64,000 nucleotides of DNA from Pseudomonadota bacterium (GTDB taxonomy: Bacteria > Pseudomonadota > Gammaproteobacteria > Pseudomonadales > Halieaceae): the NCBI GenBank assembly GCA_039025875.1, contig JBCCNK010000001.1, positions 9,147 to 73,146 on the forward strand, read 5' to 3'. The notes under the pieces are model-generated. The model saw nothing but the letters and a program-made list of their open reading frames with translations. It made no database searches and was not told the origin of the DNA. Each line of letters opens with the position of its first letter. The stretch's first letter is position 1. A program made the translations under genes and the position numbers. This document shows, in pieces, positions 40,064 through 49,068 of the stretch.

Positions 40064-40092
40064 TTGATCCGTGGCCACTGCGGTTCAGTGGC
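40064..40092 (+). repeat. 29-bp dispersed repeat, copy 2
   Basis: TTGATCCGTGGCCACTGCGGTTCAGTGGC with a perfect GCCACTG-N5-CAGTGGC hairpin; one mismatch to 17609-17637. Confidence 0.85.
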
Positions 40093-40594
40093 AGAGGGCA
40101 CCCACCCTCGACTTCGGTCAAATCGGGCTCGTGCGCAAGCGGATCGCCAGCAGCGCGCCGACCATGTGGTCGTCGGTCCATTTTTCCATTCCGCCCAGCA
40201 GGGCAGTTCAACTACACCAGGCCAATGCCTGCCGTTCTATTGCGCCCACCAGGGCATTTGTATTGCTGCTTCGGAAGCAACAGCACCACGACCGAGACGC
40301 TCGTGGGTAGTCACCGGGAGAGACCGAGCGGTCGATCCCATTCATCAACGTCAGCACATCGTAAAGGAGGTGATGCAATTCAACGCGGTCCCGTCGGGGC
40401 CGTTGGTTCTGCGCTGAATTTTTCTCCAAGAAGAGAAGGCCAGCGTTGCCTGACATCAGGCATGTTACGGCCGCGAACCGCGCCATTGCGGTGACCGTCG
40501 CCCTTGGGAGGGTTAGTTGCCATGATTAGCTACTCTTGAAATAAGCCGGTCGAAGCCACTCTCCGAACATGATCGCAGAATATACAGATCAAAA

Positions 40595-40622
40595 TGATTA
40601 TGTCAACGGATATTAATAATCA
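40595..40622. promoter_or_regulatory. Candidate WYL-regulator operator in the AT-rich BREX promoter region
   Basis: Inverted repeat TGATTAT-N14-ATAATCA about 80 bp upstream of the WYL gene. Confidence 0.4.
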
Positions 40623-40699
40623 CCAAAATACAAAGTATTACCATATAACGTCAAATTAGTGCAAAATGCTCGCTACCTTGATTAGGGGGATGGATTGAG

Positions 40700-41575
40700 G
40701 TGGAGTTGTCAGACATCAGCCAGGCACAAAAAGAGCGTCTGTCGCATATCGACTTTCGCACTTACTTTTTAGGTGAAATTGGCCGTAGTGATTTGGTTAC
40801 CCGATTCGGGATCGGCGAGGCCGCAGCCACGCGTGACATAACGCTCTATAGAGAGCTGGCACCGGCCAATCTGGACTACGACACCAAGCTGAAATCCTAC
40901 GTTAAGTCAGCCGCCTTTGAGCCGTTGTTTGAGTATTCGCCACCACAAGTATTGGCGGCGCTTTCTCAAGGATTCGGTGAAGACTTCATTGGCAGCCACA
41001 AGCCAATGGTTCGGTGCGAGACACCCGCCGAACTAAACCGGCCGCTGTTGCCGGTGCTAGCTGTGCTCACACGGGCGATTTACCACAAGAGGGTGGTGAA
41101 GATTCAGTATCGCTCGATCCAGTCTGGCCTTAGCGAACGCGAAATCGTCCCGTTTGTGTTGGTCGACAATGGTTTGCGTTGGCATGTCCGGGCTTACGAT
41201 CGTGATCGCCAGGCGTTTATCGATTTTGTGGTTACGCGAATAGCAGATCCCATCATTGTCGAGGATGAACCTAAAGACCATGAAATGAGTGATGCGGACA
41301 TACAGTGGAACCGCATTGTTGAAATGAACTTGGTGGCGCATCCGAATCTCTCTCATCCAGAAACCATCGAGATGGATTACGCGATGAGGGATGGCACGCT
41401 CAAGGTGAATGTGCGCGCTGCCGCAGCAGGATATGTGCTTCGACGCTGGAACGTGGACTGCACGGAAGATCACAGCTTGCAGGGCGCTGAATATCACCTA
41501 TGGCTGAAGAATTGGCAGGCGCTATATGGCGTCGAAAACCTGGTCATCGCACCTGGCTACAAACAAGCGAATTAA
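40700..41575 (+). CDS. WYL-domain transcriptional regulator (BrxR/CapW-like)
   Basis: wHTH (RSDLVTRFGIGEAAATRDI), IQYRS, REIVP, GLRWHVRAY, FIDFVVTRI. First gene of the BREX operon. Confidence 0.9.
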   Translation: MELSDISQAQKERLSHIDFRTYFLGEIGRSDLVTRFGIGEAAATRDITLYRELAPANLDYDTKLKSYVKSAAFEPLFEYSPPQVLAALSQGFGEDFIGSHKPMVRCETPAELNRPLLPVLAVLTRAIYHKRVVKIQYRSIQSGLSEREIVPFVLVDNGLRWHVRAYDRDRQAFIDFVVTRIADPIIVEDEPKDHEMSDADIQWNRIVEMNLVAHPNLSHPETIEMDYAMRDGTLKVNVRAAAAGYVLRRWNVDCTEDHSLQGAEYHLWLKNWQALYGVENLVIAPGYKQAN

Positions 41576-41589
41576 CAGATGGATGACTG

Positions 41590-42099
41590 ATGAACAATGA
41601 TGTTGTGAAATTGATTGTAGAACTTCGACTGCTGGTCGGATTTCTCGGCGAAAAGTCTCAGAGCAATTGGTGGGGCAGCAACTTTATTGGCACCAGCAGC
41701 GAAGCATTTCTAGCCCCTGTCTTTTCACGCACCACGATGCTCGCGCGTTATCACGGCGTTTGCGAAGCGGCAATGCTCTTACATGATGAATATATTGGTG
41801 TCGGCGCCAATTATCACTTGTATCGCATGCCAGATTCCGCCGAGCGTGCGGCCGCTAAGGCGATTGCCGATACTAACTTCCAACAACAGCTGAGCGATGT
41901 CTTAGGTAGCAGCGACGCAGCCCAACAACGGCTCGGTGAGCTGGCAGCCACCGACACAAATAGAGTCGAGGGCCCGGTTGTTTTGAGAGGTTACGCTGAT
42001 GCCGATCTGAATCATCAGTTGCGCCAGTCTGCGAGTCACTACTCGCGAGCATTTAAAGAAGGCTACAAGTGCTTTCCCTATATGCGGGAGGCAGAGTGA
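41590..42099 (+). CDS. brxE: BrxE-family protein
   Basis: LRLLVGFLGEK...WW...F...VFSRT...HDEYIG...YHLYRMP...CFPY; lies before brxA. Confidence 0.75.
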   Translation: MNNDVVKLIVELRLLVGFLGEKSQSNWWGSNFIGTSSEAFLAPVFSRTTMLARYHGVCEAAMLLHDEYIGVGANYHLYRMPDSAERAAAKAIADTNFQQQLSDVLGSSDAAQQRLGELAATDTNRVEGPVVLRGYADADLNHQLRQSASHYSRAFKEGYKCFPYMREAE

Positions 42100-42881
42100 G
42101 CGATATCAAGCCCTTCTACACCACGCAGCTGCAAGCCGGGTTGGGCCTCGTTGATGAAACGAAGCTGCTGCTGTCCTTATATAAAAAGGACTTATCGGCT
42201 CATCAGCTGTACGAAAAGGCCCTGGATTCCGGGCTTTTTCCTATGGTCTCCGCCAGAAGGCTGCGCAACATCGTTGTCGAGTGCTTTGCGCCAAGGTATA
42301 TCAAGACAGGGGGCGCAGAGTATTTACAGCGGCTGGCGGCACATTTGTCGTCATCGGCAATCAACCAGTTGTTTCTGATCTACACCGCAACTGCCAATGA
42401 GATCCTGCAGGATTTTATTCAGGAAGTTTATTGGGACCGGTATTCAGGTGGCCGCGATTCGATATCAACGGATGATGCCAAAGATTTTGTCGGGCATGCG
42501 GCCAGAGAAGGCATGACTCAGAAGCCCTGGTCCGACTCCACCATCAAACGTGTGTCCTCCTACCTTATTGGTTGTTGTGCAGATTACGGGCTTTTGTCAG
42601 CCGGTCGCGGATTAAAGCGCGCTATCCAACCTGTACGTATCCAGGAATCCACCGTCCTCTATCTCGCCTATAAGCTCCATTTTGACGGGCTGGGTGACAA
42701 CGCGGTGATCAATCATAAGTCCTGGGCGCTGTTCGGTCTTGATGGTTCCGATGTGAGAGAGGAACTCAAGCGATTGGCGAAGAACGGGTGGCTCATAGTT
42801 CAGTCGGCCGGTGATGTCACTCGGATTGGCTGGCAGTTCAAATCCATGGAGGAAGTGATCGATGTCATCACTCAAAGGTGA
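42096..42881 (+). CDS. brxA: BrxA (DUF1819) family protein
   Basis: YTTQLQAGLG, RRLRNIV, WSDSTIKRV, WALFGL; BREX gene order. Confidence 0.8.
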   Translation: MSDIKPFYTTQLQAGLGLVDETKLLLSLYKKDLSAHQLYEKALDSGLFPMVSARRLRNIVVECFAPRYIKTGGAEYLQRLAAHLSSSAINQLFLIYTATANEILQDFIQEVYWDRYSGGRDSISTDDAKDFVGHAAREGMTQKPWSDSTIKRVSSYLIGCCADYGLLSAGRGLKRAIQPVRIQESTVLYLAYKLHFDGLGDNAVINHKSWALFGLDGSDVREELKRLAKNGWLIVQSAGDVTRIGWQFKSMEEVIDVITQR

Positions 42882-43434
42882 CTTCAAGGAGCTGATGGAG
42901 CGCATCAAAGCTGGCCGGGATTTTGGTCATGCCAGCTTCGAGCCCATTTTCTACCTGGTTTTCTCGCCTGCCTCGATACTGGAAGTTAAAAGGCAGATGC
43001 CCGCGTGGGATGCGAAGCTTCATAACGATGGCTGGAGCGTGCACAGATTTTCTATTGCTGAAGAAATACAGAAAATCCTCGATGCAGCACCGTTGAAAAA
43101 GATCTGGATCGCGGCAGACAGCAAAGCGCCGCTGCAGTGGGAAAAAACCAACAAGGCGTTGGCGAATGCGCTGACTAACGGTTCTCTACAGGAACGGTTA
43201 GAAACAGTGTTGCAGGAACTCGAAGGTCAGCCCAACACCATTTTATTGGTGACGGATGTAGAGGCTCTTCACCCCTACATGCGCATTGGTTCTATCGAGA
43301 GCCAGCTGCAGGGCAAGTTTCATGTGCCCACTGTCTTCTTCTACCCAGGTGTCAGAACCGGCAAAACCCAGCTCAAGTTCCTGGGCTTCTACCCAGAAGA
43401 TGGCAACTATCGCTCGGTTCATGTGGGCGGATAA
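42862..43434 (+). CDS. brxB: BrxB (DUF1788) family protein
   Basis: LLVTDVEALHPYMR, PTVFFYPG, LKFLG, DGNYRS. Confidence 0.85.
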   Translation: MSSLKGDFKELMERIKAGRDFGHASFEPIFYLVFSPASILEVKRQMPAWDAKLHNDGWSVHRFSIAEEIQKILDAAPLKKIWIAADSKAPLQWEKTNKALANALTNGSLQERLETVLQELEGQPNTILLVTDVEALHPYMRIGSIESQLQGKFHVPTVFFYPGVRTGKTQLKFLGFYPEDGNYRSVHVGG

Positions 43435-43454
43435 GAGCGTTTTAGGAAAAAACG

Positions 43455-46400
43455 ATGGAAATAAAACAGTTATTCGATAGCAACAAAGACATCTATCGCA
43501 CCATCGAAAAGGTGATCACCTATAGCGCGTCTCAGGAACAGCGCTTGAAGGCTGAAATATCCGAATACGTGGTGACCGAAAGCATCGAAGAGCAGTTCGA
43601 AAAGCTGTTGGGAAAGATGCAGGCGGCCATGGAAGCCGGTGGGGAAAATGAAGTCGGCGTCTGGGTATCGGGCTTCTACGGTTCGGGTAAAAGCTCATTC
43701 ACCAAGTACCTGGGTCTGGCGTTTGACGAGAGCGTCACCATCGACGGCACGCCTTTCATTCAGCATTTGCAGAATCGCTTCAAGAAACAAACCACCAAGC
43801 AGCTGTTATCTACCGTAGCAAAACGATTCCCCGCCGCCGTGATTATGCTCGACCTGGCCAGCACCCAGCTCGCCGATGCCAGCATGAAAGAGGTATCGAC
43901 GGTTCTCTATTACAAGATCCTGGAATGGGCGGGCTATTCGCAAAACCTCAAGGTCGCCGCTTTTGAGCGCAGGCTGAAAAAGGAAGCCCGGTATGAGGAA
44001 TTCCTCAATATCTTCGCCGATCAGCTCGGCGGCGAGCAGTGGGCCAACTATCGCAACGATCCCCTGGTAGTAGATAGCGTGGTGCCAGAAATCGCGCATC
44101 AGATGTACCCCAATTTCTTCAAAACCGCCGAATCATTTTCCACCGTAACGGAAGACTGGGTAGTGTTCACCGACCAGCAGGTGGAGGAAATGCTGGAGAT
44201 TGCCCGTGAGGCAACCGGTAAGGAATACATCATCTTTATCGTGGATGAGGTGGGCCAGTATGTGGGTTCCCGCCAAAACCTGATCTTGAACCTGGACGGT
44301 CTCGCCAAAAACCTCAAAAACATCGGCGATGGCAAAGTCTGGATTGTCGGTACGGCCCAGCAAACCTTGACCGAGGATGATCCGAAAGCCTCGCTCAACT
44401 CACCAGAGCTGTACAAGCTAAAAGACCGCTTCCCCATCCAGATTGACCTGGAAGCCAACGATATCAAAGAGATCTGCTACAGCCGCTTGCTGGGCAAATC
44501 GCCGAGTGGTGAAACGGAACTCGGTAACCTGTTCGATAAGCATGGCCAGGCCCTACGGCACAATACCAAGCTGGTGGATGCCCGCGCCTATGGCGCCGAT
44601 TTTGACAAGCAAACCTTTATCAATCTGTACCCGTTCCTGCCGGCGCACTTCGATATCCTGCTGCATCTGTTAGGCGCTCTGGCGAAATCTACCGGCGGTA
44701 TCGGGCTGCGTTCTGCCATTAAGGTGATTCAGGACGTATTGGTAGAAGGGGCCGACCACAGTACTCCAATAGCAAACCAACCGGTGGGATGGCTGGCCAA
44801 CACGGTGACGCTGTTTGATGCACTGAAAAAAGACATCGAAAAAGGCTATCTGTCGCTTTACCAGTCAGTGGGCAAAGTAAAAATCCGCTTCCCCGATTCC
44901 AAGCTGCACCAGGACATCGCCAAGACAGTTTGTGTTCTGCAAATCCTTGGCAATCTGCCAATCTCTATTCAGAACGTCACCAGCCTCATGCATGGTGGTG
45001 TTGCCGATGCATCGGCGGCAGATCAGGTCAAAAATGCGGTCGAAGAGCTGATTAGTGATGCCATCGTGCCTCTCGGCGAGCAGGACGGCAATCTGTGCTT
45101 CCACAGTGAAAAACTCAACGACATTGAGCAGGAGCGAGGCACCATCCCCTTGCGGGCGGTGGAGCTGCGCCGCATTCAAAACGAAACCTTGCGCGAGGCC
45201 TACTCGCCACTGCCCTCAACCCATTTGAATGGCACCTTGTCGGTACAAACGGGCCTCAAAGCGCAAACGTCCGGTGGCGTGCCGGCTTCCCTTTCCGGAG
45301 AACGTAACACCGTGCAAACGGTGGTCGAGCTAGTTGACCCCACCGACTACGAAGCCGCTAAGGCTAGGCTAACGGAAGAGAGCCGTCACAAGAGCGCCAA
45401 TTACACCATCTTCCTGTTCGGCCGTACCTCACCCGAGATGGAGGAGTTGACTGCGGAAATCTATCGCAGCAAAGAGATCGTCAACAAATACCGAAACGAG
45501 CCGGATCAAGAGGTCAAGGAATACTGTAACGGTCAAACCGATCGTGCCAATCGCCTGATGGGCGAAGTGGAGCGGCTGATAAAAAGGAGTCTGGTTCAGG
45601 GGTCGTTTATTTTCCGGGGCGAGGTAACTGCAGTAGAGAGCATTAACCAGGACCTGATCGAGGCGGCGCGCAAGCATCTCGCCAGCGTGGCTGAGCAAGT
45701 CTTTGATCGGTACAACGAAGCGCCGGTGAGGGCGGGAACCGACCTGGCGGAGAAATTCCTTCGCCTCGGTAACCTGAGCGGCGTCACCAACGCAACCGAC
45801 CCATTGAGCTTGGTGCAAACCCAGGGCGGCAGGCCGTCCATCAATACCGGCCACAAAGCCATCACCAGTATTCGGGACATGATCGAGCGCCAGGGTTCCA
45901 TCGAAGGGAAGCGCCTGATCGACCTGTTTAGCGATGCGCCCTATGGCTGGTCACAAGATACCCTGCGCTACCTGGTGGCCTCGATGCTGGTTGCCGGGGA
46001 GATCAAACTCAAAGTCGCAGGCCGCGAAGTCACGGTAAATGGTCAGCAGGCTATCGATGCCCTGAAAACCAATAACGCTTTCAAGACTGTTGGCGTCTCC
46101 CTACGTGAAGAGCGGCCCAGTAACGAGATCCTGGCAAAGGCAGCAGAGCGCCTGACCGAACTCAGTGGCGACATGGTTGTGCCACTGGAGGATGACATCA
46201 GCAAGGCGACCACGAAGCTTTTCCCCCAGTTACAGCACCAGTACGGCCCTCTGGCAGAAAAGCTCAAGGGTTTGAAATTACCCGGCTCAGACCGACTGGA
46301 AAGCCTTAGCCAGGATATCAAGGATATCCTCTTCACTGACGCTTCGGATGCACCCCAGCGCTTAGGGGGTGAAGACTCCGAGCTCTACGCCAACCTCAAA

Positions 46401-47102
46401 TGGGCGGCCGACCTAAAACGCGCATTGGAACAGGGCCTGGAGCAAACCCTGAGCGAGCTGCAGCAACATCGCCGTGAACTGGAAAGCCTCCCCGCCAGTG
46501 GCACGCCTGGCCAACTAAAAACCGAGTTACAAGATGAAATCGCGGGTTTGAATGAGCGCCTGAATCATGCGGACTTCTTCAAGTACAGCACCGAGTTCGC
46601 CGGTAGCTTAACCACCTTGAAATCCAGGGTGCGGGATACCGCCATTGCTCTGCAAACCGAGCAGCAACAGCGTATCACCGATGCCGAGCAAGACCTGCGT
46701 CGGCTGTCGGAGTGGCCGGAGCTGACCCAGCAGGAACAGAACAATCTGTTGGCAGACCTGGAAAAACTGGCTGTTACCGCCAGTGAAGATCTCGCGGGCC
46801 TGCGCCTGCTCGTCAATCAGGAGTACGCCATCCAGAGCCAGGTGCAGGATATCAAACAGCGTATCCAGCGTATTGGCCAGCAGCGCTTGCAAGACAAGTT
46901 GCGCGAGGAACAAGAGCGGGCCATTGCGGAGGGTAAGAAGAAGATCTCTCGCACCGTAAACCCGAAAGCGCAGATTACCTCCATCGCTGAGCTGGATGCT
47001 CTGATCGCCGAGCTGCAACAGCTGCGCGGTGAGCTGAAGTACGCCCATGAGTTTGAGTTGGTGATTGGGCTCAGCGATAACGACGATCCACAAGAATCCT
47101 AA
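43455..47102 (+). CDS. brxC: BREX P-loop ATPase BrxC
   Basis: EYVVT, VWVSGFYGSGKS, FIVDEVGQY, KLKDRF, YPFLP, APYGW; coiled-coil C-terminus. Confidence 0.93.
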   Translation: MEIKQLFDSNKDIYRTIEKVITYSASQEQRLKAEISEYVVTESIEEQFEKLLGKMQAAMEAGGENEVGVWVSGFYGSGKSSFTKYLGLAFDESVTIDGTPFIQHLQNRFKKQTTKQLLSTVAKRFPAAVIMLDLASTQLADASMKEVSTVLYYKILEWAGYSQNLKVAAFERRLKKEARYEEFLNIFADQLGGEQWANYRNDPLVVDSVVPEIAHQMYPNFFKTAESFSTVTEDWVVFTDQQVEEMLEIAREATGKEYIIFIVDEVGQYVGSRQNLILNLDGLAKNLKNIGDGKVWIVGTAQQTLTEDDPKASLNSPELYKLKDRFPIQIDLEANDIKEICYSRLLGKSPSGETELGNLFDKHGQALRHNTKLVDARAYGADFDKQTFINLYPFLPAHFDILLHLLGALAKSTGGIGLRSAIKVIQDVLVEGADHSTPIANQPVGWLANTVTLFDALKKDIEKGYLSLYQSVGKVKIRFPDSKLHQDIAKTVCVLQILGNLPISIQNVTSLMHGGVADASAADQVKNAVEELISDAIVPLGEQDGNLCFHSEKLNDIEQERGTIPLRAVELRRIQNETLREAYSPLPSTHLNGTLSVQTGLKAQTSGGVPASLSGERNTVQTVVELVDPTDYEAAKARLTEESRHKSANYTIFLFGRTSPEMEELTAEIYRSKEIVNKYRNEPDQEVKEYCNGQTDRANRLMGEVERLIKRSLVQGSFIFRGEVTAVESINQDLIEAARKHLASVAEQVFDRYNEAPVRAGTDLAEKFLRLGNLSGVTNATDPLSLVQTQGGRPSINTGHKAITSIRDMIERQGSIEGKRLIDLFSDAPYGWSQDTLRYLVASMLVAGEIKLKVAGREVTVNGQQAIDALKTNNAFKTVGVSLREERPSNEILAKAAERLTELSGDMVVPLEDDISKATTKLFPQLQHQYGPLAEKLKGLKLPGSDRLESLSQDIKDILFTDASDAPQRLGGEDSELYANLKWAADLKRALEQGLEQTLSELQQHRRELESLPASGTPGQLKTELQDEIAGLNERLNHADFFKYSTEFAGSLTTLKSRVRDTAIALQTEQQQRITDAEQDLRRLSEWPELTQQEQNNLLADLEKLAVTASEDLAGLRLLVNQEYAIQSQVQDIKQRIQRIGQQRLQDKLREEQERAIAEGKKKISRTVNPKAQITSIAELDALIAELQQLRGELKYAHEFELVIGLSDNDDPQES

Positions 47103-47118
47103 GAAGGCTGCACAGTAG

Positions 47119-49068
47119 ATGGCATTTGATCAGAGCACCCGTAACCGACTGCAGAAGTTTGTTAACGATGCACGCAACCTGCTGACCGAGGAGTTCACCC
47201 GGCAGTTACAGGCAACCTACGGTCTCGATCCCAAGGCCGGTTTTGTCGCGGCCGTCGATTCGCTAACTCAGCTGGATAATCGTCAGCGGCAAGTTGCTCA
47301 TTTACTACGTGAGATCGTCAATCATTACGTCGCTAACAGTACCGGTAAGAGTGAAAAAGAGAAGAGTCGTCAGGCATTGGATCGCCTTGTACGCGAGCAG
47401 GGTTTCACCATTCTCAATCGCATCGCAGCTTTGCGGATGGCAGAGGCCCGTGGTCTTTTAATCGAATCTGTCGCCAAGGGTTACAACTCCAAGGGGTTTC
47501 AACTCTATAAAATGGTGGCTGGCACTAGCCATGGCGAAACCGGTGATGCTTACCGCAATTACCTGTTCAGTCTCTTCGATGAGTTCAGTATTGATCTAGA
47601 ACTGCTATTTAGTCGGCACAGTGCCCAGGGCCAGCTTTGTCCGCGAGAGACAGCGCTGCTGGAGCTGCTGGAACAGATCAATCATCACGAAATTGAGCAC
47701 CTGTGGGCCGAGGATGAAACCATCGGTTGGATCTACCAATATTACAACTCTCAGGAAGAGCGCAAAAAAATGCGCAAGGAGTCGCAGGCGCCGCGTACAA
47801 GTCGCGAACTGGCCGTGCGCAACCAGTTCTTCACGCCGCGCTATGTTGTGGAATTCCTGGTAGATAACACCTTAGGCAGGCTTTGGTTTGATGCAACAGC
47901 CGGCACCACCAACTTGTTCGAGCGCTGTCAGTATCTGTTGGTCAAACCGGAGGAGGTGGAGGAGAAGCGTTCCGGCATGCCGCCGACCACCATACGTGAT
48001 CCACGCACGCTCAAACTGCTAGACCCGGCCTGCGGCTCCATGCACTTTGGGCTGTATGCATTTGACGTATTCCTGGAAATATACCGAGAGGCTTGGACGT
48101 GGGAGCAAGAGCACGGGCCAGGATCTCTCGATCTGTCTGTTCAATCAGAGGCTGCTCGTCCAGAAGCCAATCATTCACAAAGAGAGTTGCAGCCACTGGG
48201 GCAAGCTTACACTTCCGAGTCTGATTATCTGCGGGATGTGCCAAGGTTAATTATCGAGCACAACATCTATGGCGTAGATATCGACCCCCGCGCAGCTCAA
48301 ATCGCCACCTTGGCTCTCTGGCTGCGTGCCCAACGGGCATGGCATGAGGCGGGGATCAAGTCGCAAGACCGGCCCACAATTGCACGAGGGCATGTACTGG
48401 CAGCGGTTGCGCCGCCAGCCGAACAGGATCTGCGAGAGCGCTTTGCCGCCCAACTCGATACGCTCGATGCCGAACTATTTACTCAAACCTTGCAATTGCT
48501 AAAGGGTGTTCCCGAGCAAGGGGTTTTACTGCAAGTCGAGCAGGAACTGCCTCGACTGGTGCGGGAAGTTTTTGGTGAACATGGCGACTTATTTAAAGAA
48601 GCTGACGAGCGGGAGTGGCAGAAAGCAGAAGAGCGATTGCGTGTTGCGCTTACTGAGTTTGCAGAAGCGGGGCAGGGTGGTTTTCAAAATCGGCTCTATG
48701 CTCAGGATGCTCTGCAGGGGCTTCGATTAATTGATCTCTGCCGTGAAGTCTTTGACGTAGTGGTAATGAACCCGCCTTTTGGTGCTCTCGCTGCGAATAC
48801 TAAAACACAGCTAAGCAATGCGTATCCCAATAGTAAGAATGATCTGTTGGCCATCATGGTGGAAAGGGGGCTGGAGTTGCTGCGCACCGGTGGTTTTATT
48901 GGCGCCATAACTTCGCGAACATGTTTTTTTCTTTCCAGTTTTCAGAAATGGCGTGAAAACGTGGTGCTAGGAATAGCACGCCCCGAGGTAATGGCCGATC
49001 TGGGCTTTGGCGTGATGGACGATGCCGCTGTTGAAGCGGCAGCGTATGTACTGGAGAAGCAGGTATGA
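47119..49068 (+). CDS. pglX: PglX adenine methyltransferase, N-terminal catalytic part
   Basis: IGWIYQY, QFFTPRYVV, LDPACGSMHF, YGVDID, VVVMNPPF. Confidence 0.9.
   Translation: MAFDQSTRNRLQKFVNDARNLLTEEFTRQLQATYGLDPKAGFVAAVDSLTQLDNRQRQVAHLLREIVNHYVANSTGKSEKEKSRQALDRLVREQGFTILNRIAALRMAEARGLLIESVAKGYNSKGFQLYKMVAGTSHGETGDAYRNYLFSLFDEFSIDLELLFSRHSAQGQLCPRETALLELLEQINHHEIEHLWAEDETIGWIYQYYNSQEERKKMRKESQAPRTSRELAVRNQFFTPRYVVEFLVDNTLGRLWFDATAGTTNLFERCQYLLVKPEEVEEKRSGMPPTTIRDPRTLKLLDPACGSMHFGLYAFDVFLEIYREAWTWEQEHGPGSLDLSVQSEAARPEANHSQRELQPLGQAYTSESDYLRDVPRLIIEHNIYGVDIDPRAAQIATLALWLRAQRAWHEAGIKSQDRPTIARGHVLAAVAPPAEQDLRERFAAQLDTLDAELFTQTLQLLKGVPEQGVLLQVEQELPRLVREVFGEHGDLFKEADEREWQKAEERLRVALTEFAEAGQGGFQNRLYAQDALQGLRLIDLCREVFDVVVMNPPFGALAANTKTQLSNAYPNSKNDLLAIMVERGLELLRTGGFIGAITSRTCFFLSSFQKWRENVVLGIARPEVMADLGFGVMDDAAVEAAAYVLEKQV

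Noticed and set aside
17609-40092. 29-bp palindromic repeat as a CRISPR repeat
   Set aside because: Only two copies 22 kb apart, with no array and no cas genes.
39300-40500. ORFs 39331-39708, 39811-40494 and others
   Set aside because: No recognisable motifs or convincing starts; treated as non-coding or degraded.
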